Shown here in pieces: positions 36,633 through 46,921 of a stretch of DNA of 64,000 bases. A program made the translations under genes and the position numbers. This stretch comes from Nitrospirota bacterium (lineage in GTDB: Bacteria > JACPQY01), in the NCBI GenBank assembly GCA_016180645.1, contig JACPAV010000033.1, forward strand, positions 1-64,000. The letters run 5' to 3'. Under the pieces are notes generated by a model that saw nothing but the letters and a program-made list of their open reading frames with translations, was not told the origin of the DNA and searched no databases. Positions within the stretch are counted from its first letter, which is position 1. Each line of letters opens with the position of its first letter.

Positions 36633-38525
36633 CTACTTGAGAAGGAGAGGAAACTCCTGGAGAAGCTCGAAATCGCCCTCAGGTGGAGCGGCCAACAGTT
36701 GCACCCGGAGATCGGCCCCGAGGTCCGCCTTGCGAAGTCCCCGTGGGCAGAAGAGATCGAGGCGGTGGAGGGCGAAGGGCCCCGGCGCCTTGTCCGGAGG
36801 CGAAAGATCCACGGTCTCCCAAGGCTGGCCGCCCTTCAGAAACGTCGCACGGTAGCGAAGATCAGAAGGGAGGATTCTGCCGAGCGATCTGACGCCGATG
36901 GCAAGTGAAATGTACGCGAAACCTCCCTGGTCCACCTTGCGGGCTCGCTCACCCGGCTGGGCCTGAGCTGAAATGGCTTTTCGGCCGGTGTTCGGCGTCC
37001 ATACGAACCCCCGCTCGCCGCCTTCGGTCTCCACGTCCAGCCATTCCCCCGCTTCCTTGCTGATTCGAAGCAGAACGCCGGGACCCAGCTCTTCCACAAG
37101 ATCGTGCTCAATCCCCGGGCCGGACCGCAGCCGGGTCTTGCTGGTCGTGACGGCCATGCCCTTGGGGAGGCCGAGCGGCGTTTCGGTTGCCAGATCGCTC
37201 CACGCGGGTTCAGGTGGTTTCGGGGGGGGGGCGGCCTCACCGATGGCGGGAGCGGGCTCCGAGACGCGGGGGAGCGCTTGGATATCGGGTGCGACCGTTC
37301 TGGGAAGGGTGTCTGCCAAGCGGTCGAAACTGCTCTGAACGGCCGCGAACTGCTGTTGGAGTTGATCCACTTGTTTCTGCGTCGTGACGCTTCGCCGTTC
37401 CCATTGAGCGTTCTCGACGGCGAAATAGGAAAGACCGGCCACGGAGATCGCCAATACGGCCGAGGTCGCAAGCGACTTCGGTGAGATCCGGGTGGACACG
37501 AAAGGAATGTTTTTTTCCTCCGGTTTGCCCGCTCCCTTGGCGGCAGGTAGAGCGTCGGCTTGCTGGCGGGCTTTCAGGGTTTCGATTTCGCTTTCCAGGG
37601 CGAGTTTCACCTTGACCATCGGCTCAAGCTCCCGGTTGCGGCGTCGAAGTTTGGAAACCTCCTCCTGAAGGTCGTCGATCTCCTGCTTGAGTTCGAGAAT
37701 CTCGCTCGCGTCCCGCTGGACGGAGGGCGGCGCCGTGAGTGGTTCTGGGGGAATGACGCTGGGTGGCGGTTGAGCCGTGGTGACCGGTTCCTGAACGGCT
37801 TCGATGGTCAACGGCGGCGCCACCACCGCGGGAACCGGCCCCGATGGGGGCAACGTCGCTCTTGGCGCAGGGGCTTCGGCCTCATCATCCTCCTTCCACC
37901 AGAAAGTGAATTTTCCCTCCTCTTGGGCCATCGTGAAAGGCTCGGGCGGTGGAGGAGCGGTGCGCATGGTTTCATCCCAGACGGGCGCGGAGGGCTTCGA
38001 TGGGGTGGCCGCGGCGCGCGGGGTCCCGGCCGGAGCCGGGGATGTTTCCGCGGAAAGGTCGTCGGAAGGCGGAGGGATGATCATGGGCGCCGGGCTCTCG
38101 GATGAGCCCATTCCTCCCTCGCGGAAATTGACCCGCAGGTTGCGGTGCATGAGCGCTTTTCGGGCCACGTCGCGAATCTGGTACTCCTCCACGGGTGTGG
38201 ACAGGTAGTCAAAGGCACCGATCTTGAGGGCCTCCCACTTCGTGTCCTGGCTGGGGGATTCGGTTAGAACGATAATTTCAGACAGGGGCGCCGACTGCTT
38301 GATGTCCCGCAAAACCTGCAATCCGGTCGAGTCTTCCAGCTTGAGCCCGGTGATGATGATTTCATATTCCTGCCGGCCCAGTTCGCGCAACGCTTCCTGC
38401 CGGCCGGCGGCAGGCCGGAGGGCAAACCCGTCCTTCAAGAGGGCTTTTCCTATGTTGGCCCACATGGGGCCACCCTCTTCTATCAGGAGGATTGAACGTT
38501 GCGTGCCCTTCCGTTCTGTCGCCAT
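36633..38525 (-). CDS. Pseudo-receiver domain + Pro-rich linker + coiled coil + TM + SH3b protein
   Basis: ILLIEE..IIITGLKL (Gly at the phospho-Asp site)..GAFDYL; single TM; RLRSGPG..GEWLDV..GERGFV. Confidence 0.75.
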   Translation of the reverse strand: MATERKGTQRSILLIEEGGPMWANIGKALLKDGFALRPAAGRQEALRELGRQEYEIIITGLKLEDSTGLQVLRDIKQSAPLSEIIVLTESPSQDTKWEALKIGAFDYLSTPVEEYQIRDVARKALMHRNLRVNFREGGMGSSESPAPMIIPPPSDDLSAETSPAPAGTPRAAATPSKPSAPVWDETMRTAPPPPEPFTMAQEEGKFTFWWKEDDEAEAPAPRATLPPSGPVPAVVAPPLTIEAVQEPVTTAQPPPSVIPPEPLTAPPSVQRDASEILELKQEIDDLQEEVSKLRRRNRELEPMVKVKLALESEIETLKARQQADALPAAKGAGKPEEKNIPFVSTRISPKSLATSAVLAISVAGLSYFAVENAQWERRSVTTQKQVDQLQQQFAAVQSSFDRLADTLPRTVAPDIQALPRVSEPAPAIGEAAPPPKPPEPAWSDLATETPLGLPKGMAVTTSKTRLRSGPGIEHDLVEELGPGVLLRISKEAGEWLDVETEGGERGFVWTPNTGRKAISAQAQPGERARKVDQGGFAYISLAIGVRSLGRILPSDLRYRATFLKGGQPWETVDLSPPDKAPGPFALHRLDLFCPRGLRKADLGADLRVQLLAAPPEGDFELLQEFPLLLK

Positions 38526-38574
38526 TTACAGGTCTGTTTTTGCGAGGCCCATTTTAGGCGAAGCATTTGAAAAG

Positions 38575-38991
38575 TCAAGAAGATTCGGGTGATTTTTGAA
38601 TCCATCCTGCTTTGGCCAGGAACCAGAGGGCAACCAGCGTGACTGCCAGTGATATTCCGTATACCACGGAGGAGGACATGTGTTTGAGGAAAAAGAATCC
38701 TCGTTCCGCGCTGGGGAGGGGAAGACCGAGCAGGATGGCGGCAATCGCGAGCGCCCGAAGTCCGACGAAAACGGAAAGGAGGCGTGCGAACCAGCGATGA
38801 CCCTTGAACAGGAGATATGGAAACAGGAGCGTGATGAGGAGCCCGACGGTGAGGAAGAAGGCTGCGTACACCTTCGAAAGGCCCGGCGGGAGACCGTGGC
38901 TCACGATCTTTTGGAGGGCGAATCCCTCGTAGAGGAGACCGTAGACCAAATAGGCGATTGCGGCTTGCGTGAAGGGCTTCCGCAGGTCCAT
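38575..38991 (-). CDS. Small membrane protein (about 4 TM)
   Basis: Four hydrophobic segments from ATG 38991. Confidence 0.65.
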   Translation of the reverse strand: MDLRKPFTQAAIAYLVYGLLYEGFALQKIVSHGLPPGLSKVYAAFFLTVGLLITLLFPYLLFKGHRWFARLLSVFVGLRALAIAAILLGLPLPSAERGFFFLKHMSSSVVYGISLAVTLVALWFLAKAGWIQKSPESS

Positions 38992-39070
38992 GGCGCCATG
39001 GTACGCCGTGTGGCGACGCGACGCCATGGAGCGTTTTGACTTGGTGGATGCGCTTCGGTACGGTGATTCA

Positions 39071-39171
39071 GTGCGTCCAACAGAATGCGTAGGGGAGGGT
39101 CTTCAGACCCTCCCGACAAGAGGGAGCATCTGAAGATGCTCCCCTACGAATCGGCATTCTGTTAGAGGCTC
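39071..39171 (+). mobile_element. REP-containing MITE-like element, copy 5
   Basis: TCA-GTGCGTCCAACAGAATGC-GTAG..CTAC-GAATCGGCATTCTGTTAGAGGCTC-TTA. Confidence 0.88.
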
Positions 39172-39176
39172 TTATT

Positions 39177-41432
39177 ATGCCCGAGTCGACGACCGAGGGC
39201 TGGAAATCGAATCCCCTTCTTTTCGGCCACGACCCTACGCCCGGCATTGTGGCGGTCGAAATCGAACACGGCGCCGAGCGGGTTCGAGTTTTCCGGCGGG
39301 AGGCCGGGAGGTCAGGTACCGAATCCATTCCCTTCGAGCCGTTCATTCTCCTTCGCGACAAGGATCTGCTGGCGGGCTACAAAGGCGAAACCCGATCGGA
39401 GAAGTTGACGGGAAGTCACCCCCTCGCATGGCGGATTACGCTCCCCAACGGGTTGGCGCTCGAAAACCTGCGGAAGCACCTCCAGAAAAAAACGGACCGC
39501 GTCCCCTCCGCGCTCGACGCGCCCTACCTCTACATCTCCGATATGGTCCAGCAGTATCTTCTCGCCTCGGGCCGGACCCAGTTCAAGGGAATGGGCTTCG
39601 GCGATCTCGTTCGCATGCAGATCGACATCGAAACCTGGTGCGCCCCCGGCTACGAATTTCCGAACGCGAAGCGGGAGTCGGACCGGATGATCTCCATCGC
39701 GCTGTCCGATACCACGGGTTGGGAGCACGTTCTCTTCGGAAAAGACATGAAGGAATCGGAGATGATCGAGCAACTCAACACGCTCATTCGGGAGCGGAAC
39801 CCGGATGTGATCGAAGGCCACAATCTCTTCCGATTCGATCTGGAATACATTCAGACCCGCGCGAAACGATACGGCGTGAAGCTCCTGTGGGGGCGGGGAG
39901 GGGAGCCGATGGAGAGCCACCCCTCCCGGATGCAAATCGGCGAGCGGTCGATCACCTACACCAAGTTCGAGATCTTCGGACGGCACACGGTGGACACGTT
40001 CATTCTCGTTCAGCACTACGACATCGCCACACGGGAGTTGGAGAGCCTGGGGCTCAAGGAGGTGGCCGTCCACTTCGGGATCGCCTCCAAGGATCGGATC
40101 TATCTCCCCGCCGACCAGATCAATTCGGCATACGAGAAGGATCCCGAAAAACTGCGTGAATACAACCTGGACGACGTGCGGGAGACGCGGATGCTGAGCG
40201 ACATCCTTCTTCCAAGTTACTTCGTACAGGCGCAGATCTTTCCGATCGGATTCCAAAGTACGATGCTTCGAGGAAACGCCGTGAAGATCGATTCGCTTTT
40301 CCTCCGCGAGTATCTCCATCGCGGCCATTCCCTTCCGTTGGCAAGTCCCGCGTCGCCCATCCAGGGGGGCTACACGGACATCCTTTTTCACGGCATTGCG
40401 AAGAACGTTCTCCATTGTGACATTACGTCACTGTACCCGTCGGTCATGCTGGTGCACCGGTGCTTTCCGAAGAGCGACGAACTGGGCGTCTTTCCCAACT
40501 TGCTCGAAGACCTGCGCGCCTTCCGGATTCGGGCCAAGGAGCAGGTGAAAGCGGCGCAAGATCCCCAGGAGCGGAACTTCGCCAACGCACTCCAATCGAC
40601 CTTCAAAATTCTCATCAATTCGTTCTATGGCTATCTCGGTTTCGACATGGCCCATTTCAACGACTATGAACAGGCCAATCGCGTTACGCAGATCGGACGC
40701 GATACGATCCAGGCCATCATGAAGGCACTCGAAGCGGAGGGCTGCCGGGTGATCGAAGTGGATACGGACGGAATTTACTTCATGCCGTCAAGTCCGCTCC
40801 CGGAGAGGGACGAAGCGGCCCTGATGGGCCGGGTCACGGCGAACCTGCCGGAAGGGATACACCTGGAATTGGATGGTCGATTCCCCGCGATGCTCAGTTA
40901 CAAGATGAAAAACTACGCGCTTCTAAAGGCGAAGGGCGAGCTCCTGATCAAAGGCTCCGGTCTCAAGTCGAGGGGACTGGAGCGTTTTCAGCGCCAGTGG
41001 ATGGAGGAGATGTTCCTCCTTCTCCTGCATGGTCGCCGGGACGCGGTGGAGAAGCTCTACCGGGATTTCCGCGATCGCATCGAGCGTCACGAATTCCCGG
41101 TCAAGCTCTTTATGAAAACCGAGACGCTTCAGGAATCACCCCAGAGCTACCAGGAGAAGGTAAGGGCCAAGAAACGGAACGTCGCGGCTTCGTACGAGCT
41201 GGCGTTGCGGTCCACCAAGAACTATCAGGCGGGCGATCAAGTGTCGTACTACGTGACGGGAACCTCGCGGAAGGTTAAAGTACATCAGGCGTGCAAGCTC
41301 GCCGCCGAATGGGATCCGAAGAATCCCGACGAAAATGCCGATTACTATCTGTCCAAGCTGGAGGAATTGCATGAGAAGTTCAGGCCCTACATCGAGGCCG
41401 AACCGGGCCAGGCTGTCGCCGTGGATGAGTAG
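39177..41432 (+). CDS. polB: Family B DNA polymerase with intact 3'-5' exonuclease motifs
   Basis: DIET, GHNLFRFD, YNLDD; DITSLYPS, KILINSFYG, DTDG. Confidence 0.93.
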   Translation: MPESTTEGWKSNPLLFGHDPTPGIVAVEIEHGAERVRVFRREAGRSGTESIPFEPFILLRDKDLLAGYKGETRSEKLTGSHPLAWRITLPNGLALENLRKHLQKKTDRVPSALDAPYLYISDMVQQYLLASGRTQFKGMGFGDLVRMQIDIETWCAPGYEFPNAKRESDRMISIALSDTTGWEHVLFGKDMKESEMIEQLNTLIRERNPDVIEGHNLFRFDLEYIQTRAKRYGVKLLWGRGGEPMESHPSRMQIGERSITYTKFEIFGRHTVDTFILVQHYDIATRELESLGLKEVAVHFGIASKDRIYLPADQINSAYEKDPEKLREYNLDDVRETRMLSDILLPSYFVQAQIFPIGFQSTMLRGNAVKIDSLFLREYLHRGHSLPLASPASPIQGGYTDILFHGIAKNVLHCDITSLYPSVMLVHRCFPKSDELGVFPNLLEDLRAFRIRAKEQVKAAQDPQERNFANALQSTFKILINSFYGYLGFDMAHFNDYEQANRVTQIGRDTIQAIMKALEAEGCRVIEVDTDGIYFMPSSPLPERDEAALMGRVTANLPEGIHLELDGRFPAMLSYKMKNYALLKAKGELLIKGSGLKSRGLERFQRQWMEEMFLLLLHGRRDAVEKLYRDFRDRIERHEFPVKLFMKTETLQESPQSYQEKVRAKKRNVAASYELALRSTKNYQAGDQVSYYVTGTSRKVKVHQACKLAAEWDPKNPDENADYYLSKLEELHEKFRPYIEAEPGQAVAVDE

Positions 41433-41441
41433 GCTTGCAGC

Positions 41442-43028
41442 ATGACATCGGTCACAACCGATCACATTCGCAAGGTCAAGGGAACGGTTAGGGAAGGGGT
41501 CCGCGTTTTTGGCCGCCGAAAACCGGGATTCGAATACGCGGATGTCCGCTTGGAAATCGAAGAGAGCCGCTGGGGAATGAGCGAGTGCGGCGAGCCTCGA
41601 ATGGCCGAGCAGGACGTGGAGATCAGCCTCGGTGTGAGAGTCCTTGCCCGAGGCTCCGCAGCGCCCGATTCCCCGGTTGCTCCCGGCTATTACGGAATGC
41701 GCTTGGGACCGGGCGACGTAGGGCGGATCTCAAGAGTCTTGAAGCCCGCATTGAGCCACGCGTACGAACGGGCGCGTGCGGGGGCCAAGGCCAAGGAGGC
41801 GTCAAAGGCATCGTTCGGTCCGTTGGGCGACTCCCTTTGGTCTTGCGAACTCGCAAAGGCCCCGGTGGCCGAGGCGGTCATCCCCGCGAGGTTCAAACAC
41901 GACCCGCGAAAAGTGCCGCTGAAGGAAGTTTTGGAGACGGCTCGGGACGCGGCGGCAGGGGCCATGGCGAAGGGGAAGGCGGTGAAATATGCGTATTCCG
42001 CTGCCATGATCGCGCTGCGCCGCCAGCTTTTCGTGAATTCGGCCGGTTCCTGCGTCGATCAGTCGTGGGCCTTGGCGGAAGGGGATGCGTACGTTGTGGC
42101 GGAAAAGGACGGCGTCACGCAGGAGTCCTACGATACTCTGGGATCGAATGTGGGGTGGGAGCTTCTTTCCGACGGGATGAAGACGGATTACGAACGCTTC
42201 CCCCGATTCAAAGATTTCATGGGCGTTCTCGCCGATGATGTGGTTCAACTCTGCTCGGCGCCGCGGCTCCCGGTGTCGGAAAAGCCGGTGGTGGTGGTGA
42301 CGGACCCTCACTACAACACGCTGCTTGTGCACGAGATCGTCGGTCATCCGGTGGAACTGGACCGCGCGCTCAAGATGGAGACGGCGTACGCGGGGCGGAC
42401 ATGGCTGTTCGGCTCGGCGAAGGACAATCTCCTCGGCCGGCGCATCGCGTCCGAAAAACTTTCGGCCTATTCCGACCCCTCGTTGCCCGGCTACGGCTAT
42501 TACGCCTACGATGACGAAGGCGTACCGGGGGGGAAAGTCATGCACGTGGAGAACGGAATTTTCCGTGGTTTCATGAACAGTCTGCAGACCTCGGCGATGC
42601 TGCGTGGCGCCGGACTGGTCTCGACGCCCAACGGCCACTACAAGGCGACTTCCGCGCCGATGGTCCCGCTCATCCGGATGTCGACGACCGTCTTCGCACC
42701 CGGTCAGGACGATCCAAAGTCCATCCTCGGCGACGTGGAGCACGGCTACTATCTCGTCGGGCACAAGATCCCGTCGATCTCGGAGTCGCGTGAAAACTTT
42801 CGGATCTCAGCGCGGAAAGTCTACGAAATCCGCAACGGCAAGATCGGACAACTTTACCGGGATGGTGGAATGTTCTCTGATAGCCGCGAGTTCTTCATGA
42901 ACGTCGACGCCGTGGGCAATGACTTCCGTATTTATCCCGTTCCCAACTGCGGCAAGGGCCAGCCGATGCAGACGAAACGCCTGGGGAATGGCGGTCCCAC
43001 CCTCCGCTCCCGCGCCCGGCTGATTTAA
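41442..43028 (+). CDS. tldD: TldD-family metalloprotease
   Basis: LVHEIVGHPVELD, YDDEGV, NCGKGQP. Confidence 0.9.
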   Translation: MTSVTTDHIRKVKGTVREGVRVFGRRKPGFEYADVRLEIEESRWGMSECGEPRMAEQDVEISLGVRVLARGSAAPDSPVAPGYYGMRLGPGDVGRISRVLKPALSHAYERARAGAKAKEASKASFGPLGDSLWSCELAKAPVAEAVIPARFKHDPRKVPLKEVLETARDAAAGAMAKGKAVKYAYSAAMIALRRQLFVNSAGSCVDQSWALAEGDAYVVAEKDGVTQESYDTLGSNVGWELLSDGMKTDYERFPRFKDFMGVLADDVVQLCSAPRLPVSEKPVVVVTDPHYNTLLVHEIVGHPVELDRALKMETAYAGRTWLFGSAKDNLLGRRIASEKLSAYSDPSLPGYGYYAYDDEGVPGGKVMHVENGIFRGFMNSLQTSAMLRGAGLVSTPNGHYKATSAPMVPLIRMSTTVFAPGQDDPKSILGDVEHGYYLVGHKIPSISESRENFRISARKVYEIRNGKIGQLYRDGGMFSDSREFFMNVDAVGNDFRIYPVPNCGKGQPMQTKRLGNGGPTLRSRARLI

Positions 43029-43618
43029 CGCTCCTTCCGACCACGCTCCAGTTCTTTTCGCTTCCGGTCGTTATACCGGCGGGCCGCTCGCGGTGCATCG
43101 ACAAGATCGTATACAAAGAGGGCGAACCACCCAATGCCTGCAAACGCGGCAATCGTGCCCAGCGATTTGTCATCGGCAATAAGTGCCGCTGGGGCCACAG
43201 CGACCATCGTTCCAAATAGCCCGAGGCGAAGCCCTGAGAAAACAAGCGCGTGGCGGTATTCCTTGGCATAGATATGTCCCGCGCTTGGGGTAACCGCTAT
43301 CGACAAGGCCATGGGTGGGATAGAGTAGTAATTCCATCCGTCATGCTTGAAAAAAAGTCTGTCATTGAGTGCTGCAATCCCCCAGAATCCGAGAATGGAT
43401 CCCACCGCCAATCCGCCAGCCAGGTAGGGGCTTTTGGGTTCGAACTTTTGCCTGGGCGAGGGCTTAAGATCCGAATTATTTGCGGAAGAAATCCAAGCGT
43501 TGTGCTCGATGTCGATCGGTGAATCTTGGGCGCCCGCAGGTCGAACAAGGCAAGCGGCAAAAAGAAACGTCATGCCCATGGCTCCCCACTTCACGTCGGT
43601 CATGCTACCAGTTGACAA
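43025..43618 (-). CDS. Hypothetical membrane protein (lower GC)
   Basis: KSPYLA..PSAGHIYA..YDLVDAPRAARRYN; hydrophobic segments. Confidence 0.6.
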   Translation of the reverse strand: MSTGSMTDVKWGAMGMTFLFAACLVRPAGAQDSPIDIEHNAWISSANNSDLKPSPRQKFEPKSPYLAGGLAVGSILGFWGIAALNDRLFFKHDGWNYYSIPPMALSIAVTPSAGHIYAKEYRHALVFSGLRLGLFGTMVAVAPAALIADDKSLGTIAAFAGIGWFALFVYDLVDAPRAARRYNDRKRKELERGRKER

Positions 43619-43705
43619 GAGGGGGCGTCAAAGACTATTAAGGCGGGGGCGTAAGAGCAGGAAAAAGCCGTTCGGAGCCCGCAACTAATCCAGAAGGAGT
43701 GATTC

Positions 43706-46147
43706 ATGGTAAAACCACGCATCGCCGCCATCGTTCGAACCCTAGCGGCCATTCTCGCCGTCATGCTGCTGCCCGTTCTCCCCGCCCTCGCGGGCGAGGC
43801 CGATCTCAAACTTCCGCCTCTCGACTCCGTCAGTTTCAATGTCCTCGGAACCAGCGTATCGGGAATGTCGTTGCTTTATCTCGGCCTCGTCATTTGTGTC
43901 ATCGGCGCGATCTTCGGCGTGATCCAGTACAAGCAGACGAAGGCCCTTCCCGTGCACAAGGCGATGGGCGACGTGTCGAACATGATCTGGGAAACCTGCA
44001 AAACGTACCTTACGCAGCAGGGTAAGTTCCTTGCGATTCTGTGGGCGCTGATCGCACTCTGCATGGGCTATTACTTCGTCGGCCTTCAAGGGGCGCCCAT
44101 CGGCAATCTCGTGGTCATCCTGGCTTGCTCCGTTCTCGGCATCCTCGGGTCGTACGGCGTGGCGTGGTTCGGCATTCGGATCAATACGGTTGCAAACTCC
44201 CGTACGGCGTTCGCCTCCCTCTATAAGAAACCACTCGATGTCCTCGCGATCCCGCTGCAATCCGGAATGAGTGTTGGGCTGCTTCTCGTCAGCGTCGAAC
44301 TTTTCTTCATGATCTGCATTCTGTCATTCCTGCCCCAGGAATTGGCGGGACCGTGCTTCATCGGATTCGCCATCGGCGAATCGCTCGGCGCGAGCGTCCT
44401 CCGCATCTGCGGCGGCATTTTCACCAAGATCGCGGACATCGGATCGGACCTTATGAAAATCGTTTTCCACCTGCCGGAAGATGATCCGAAGAATCCCGGA
44501 GTAATCGCCGACTGCACGGGCGACAACGCGGGCGACAGCGTCGGCCCCACCGCGGACGGATTCGAAACCTACGGTGTCACCGGTGTGGCGCTCATCGCTT
44601 TTCTCGCGCTCGCCCTGGTCGGCAAGCCGGAAATCTGCGGCCAGCTCATCGTGTGGATCTTTGTCATGCGCATCCTGATGATCCTGACCTCGCTCGTGTC
44701 CTACTTTGCGAACAATGCCGTGAATCGCGCGCTCTTGGGCGACAAGAAGGAAATCGATTTCGAAGTGCCGCTCACCCGGCTGGTGTGGCTCACCTCCGCG
44801 ATCTCGATCGCTGTCACGTTTATCGCCAGCTACCTCTTGCTGGGTGACTACGGCGATCTCTGGTGGGTGCTTGCGGTCATCATCTCCTGCGGCACGGCGG
44901 CCGGCGCGCTGATTCCGGAATTCACCAAGATCTTTACAAGTACAAACTCGGGACACGTCCGCGAGGTCGTCAACTCCGCGCGCCAGGGAGGCGCATCGCT
45001 CAACATTCTGTCCGGACTCGTCGCCGGGAATTTCTCGGCTTTCTGGGAAGGACTGCTGATCCTGATTCTCATGCTGATCGCGTATCTGGTCTCGCAACAG
45101 CCCTCGCTCCTCGCGATCATGCCGGCCGAATATAGCTTCGCCGCGCCGATCTTCGCCTTCGGCCTCGTGGCCTTCGGGTTCCTGGGCATGGGGCCGGTGA
45201 CAATCGCAGTCGACAGCTACGGCCCGGTGACGGACAACGCGCAATCCGTTTACGAACTCTCGATGATCGAGAAGATTCCCGGCGTAAAGCAGGAGATCAA
45301 AAAGGAGTTCGGAATCGAGGCCAGCTTGGAACATGCGAAGGATCTTCTCGAAAAAGGGGATGGCGCGGGCAATACGTTCAAAGCCACGGCCAAGCCGGTC
45401 CTCATCGGTACGGCCGTCGTCGGCGCCACCACCATGGTCTTCGGCATCATCCTCCTTCTCGAACACATGTTCGGGAACGCAGCGCTCCGATTGAGTCTCG
45501 TGCAGGGTGAGGTCATCCTCGGACTCCTCATGGGCGGCGCGGTCATCTACTGGTTCACCGGCGCCTCGATGCAGGCGGTGGTGACGGGTTCCTACCGGGC
45601 GGTCGTGTACATCAAGGAGAACATCAAGCTTGATGCCACGAAAGCCTCTATTGCGGACAGCAAGAAAGTTGTGGAGATTTGCACGATCTACGCGCAAAAA
45701 GGCATGATCAATATTTTCATCGTCATCTTCTGCATGACCTTGGCTTTGGCGTTCTTCAACCCCTACTTCTTCATCGGTTACCTTGTCGCCATGGCATTCT
45801 TCGGCCTCTTCCAGGCGATCTTCATGGCCAACGCGGGCGGCGCATGGGACAACGCCAAGAAGGTTGTGGAGGTGGATCTGAAACAAAAGAACACGCCGCT
45901 GCATGAGGCGACCGTGGTCGGCGATACCGTGGGTGATCCGTTCAAGGATACTTCGTCCGTCGCGCTGAACCCGGTCATCAAGTTCACCACTCTCTTCGGT
46001 CTGCTTGCGGTCGAGATCGCGGTGACGATGCAATCGCAGAACCTGAAATGGGCCATTGGCTCGGTCTTTTTCCTCGTGGCGCTCGTGTTCGTTTATCGGT
46101 CGTTCTACGGCATGCGCATTCCGGAGGAAGCCAAGGCCGCCAAGTAA
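43706..46147 (+). CDS. hppA: Membrane-bound H+/Na+-translocating pyrophosphatase (divergent K+-independent type)
   Basis: GGIFTKIADIGSDL, EDDPKNPGVIADCTGDNAGD, GNTFKATAK, GDTVGDPFKDT. Confidence 0.95.
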   Translation: MVKPRIAAIVRTLAAILAVMLLPVLPALAGEADLKLPPLDSVSFNVLGTSVSGMSLLYLGLVICVIGAIFGVIQYKQTKALPVHKAMGDVSNMIWETCKTYLTQQGKFLAILWALIALCMGYYFVGLQGAPIGNLVVILACSVLGILGSYGVAWFGIRINTVANSRTAFASLYKKPLDVLAIPLQSGMSVGLLLVSVELFFMICILSFLPQELAGPCFIGFAIGESLGASVLRICGGIFTKIADIGSDLMKIVFHLPEDDPKNPGVIADCTGDNAGDSVGPTADGFETYGVTGVALIAFLALALVGKPEICGQLIVWIFVMRILMILTSLVSYFANNAVNRALLGDKKEIDFEVPLTRLVWLTSAISIAVTFIASYLLLGDYGDLWWVLAVIISCGTAAGALIPEFTKIFTSTNSGHVREVVNSARQGGASLNILSGLVAGNFSAFWEGLLILILMLIAYLVSQQPSLLAIMPAEYSFAAPIFAFGLVAFGFLGMGPVTIAVDSYGPVTDNAQSVYELSMIEKIPGVKQEIKKEFGIEASLEHAKDLLEKGDGAGNTFKATAKPVLIGTAVVGATTMVFGIILLLEHMFGNAALRLSLVQGEVILGLLMGGAVIYWFTGASMQAVVTGSYRAVVYIKENIKLDATKASIADSKKVVEICTIYAQKGMINIFIVIFCMTLALAFFNPYFFIGYLVAMAFFGLFQAIFMANAGGAWDNAKKVVEVDLKQKNTPLHEATVVGDTVGDPFKDTSSVALNPVIKFTTLFGLLAVEIAVTMQSQNLKWAIGSVFFLVALVFVYRSFYGMRIPEEAKAAK

Positions 46148-46151
46148 CTCC

Positions 46152-46853
46152 TTGCTCCCCGCAGCCAATCGCCTCATCTTCCCGGCCACGCGCTGGCTGA
46201 CGTTCGACTGCTACGGAACGCTCATCGACTGGAAGTCAGGCATCCAGGGGGCGTTCCGGCGGTTTCTCGCCCGAAAGGACCGCGAGACCGATCTCGACGA
46301 ACTGTTCCGGAAATGGGAGCGCATCCAATTCGGACTTCTGAGGCCCTATCGGCCCTACCGCGATGTCATGAAAGAGAGTTTTGCGAAAGTCATGCGCGGA
46401 CTTCGCTTGAAGCCAAGTTCGCGAGACGCGAATGATTTCGTGGTCTCACTGAAGACTTGGGAGCCGTTCCCGGACGTCCGCCCCGCCCTGGAGCGACTCA
46501 AGAATCGCTATCTGATCGCGCTGGTGACGAACATGGACGACGACCTGGTGAAACTGACTCAAAAGCGATTGGGGGTTTTCTTCAACGTCGTCGTCACGGC
46601 CGAGCAGGTGCAATGCTACAAGCCCAACCCCAAGCACTTCAAGAAGCTGCTGGAGGCGACGACGACACCACCCGAAGAGATGATCCACTGTGCCTTCGGA
46701 ACGAAATACGATCTGTTTCCTGCCCACCGACTGGGGTTCAAGACCGCCTTGATCGAGCGTGGGCCGGTCCCCAGGACGTCCGTCGTCCCCGACTACCGAT
46801 TTGCCAACCTGACCGAAATGGCCGACCTCTTCCTCGCCCAGTTCAGGGCGTAG
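46152..46853 (+). CDS. HAD hydrolase (haloacid dehalogenase type II-like)
   Basis: FDCYGTLIDW, PFPDV, YKPNP; start approximated at TTG 46152. Confidence 0.85.
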   Translation: MLPAANRLIFPATRWLTFDCYGTLIDWKSGIQGAFRRFLARKDRETDLDELFRKWERIQFGLLRPYRPYRDVMKESFAKVMRGLRLKPSSRDANDFVVSLKTWEPFPDVRPALERLKNRYLIALVTNMDDDLVKLTQKRLGVFFNVVVTAEQVQCYKPNPKHFKKLLEATTTPPEEMIHCAFGTKYDLFPAHRLGFKTALIERGPVPRTSVVPDYRFANLTEMADLFLAQFRA

Positions 46854-46862
46854 GAAATAACA

Positions 46863-46904
46863 GTGACAGTATACTTAATTTATAGAAATAGAGTATACTG
46901 TCAC
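46863..46904. repeat. AT-rich 13-bp perfect inverted repeat between convergent genes
   Basis: GTGACAGTATACT (46863-46875) / AGTATACTGTCAC (46892-46904). Confidence 0.8.
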
Positions 46905-46921
46905 CGAAAATCACAGGCTTG

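Noticed and set aside
39177-41432. Prophage, casposon or pipolin around polB
   Set aside because: No integrase, Cas1, structural genes or att/TIR boundaries; neighbours are housekeeping
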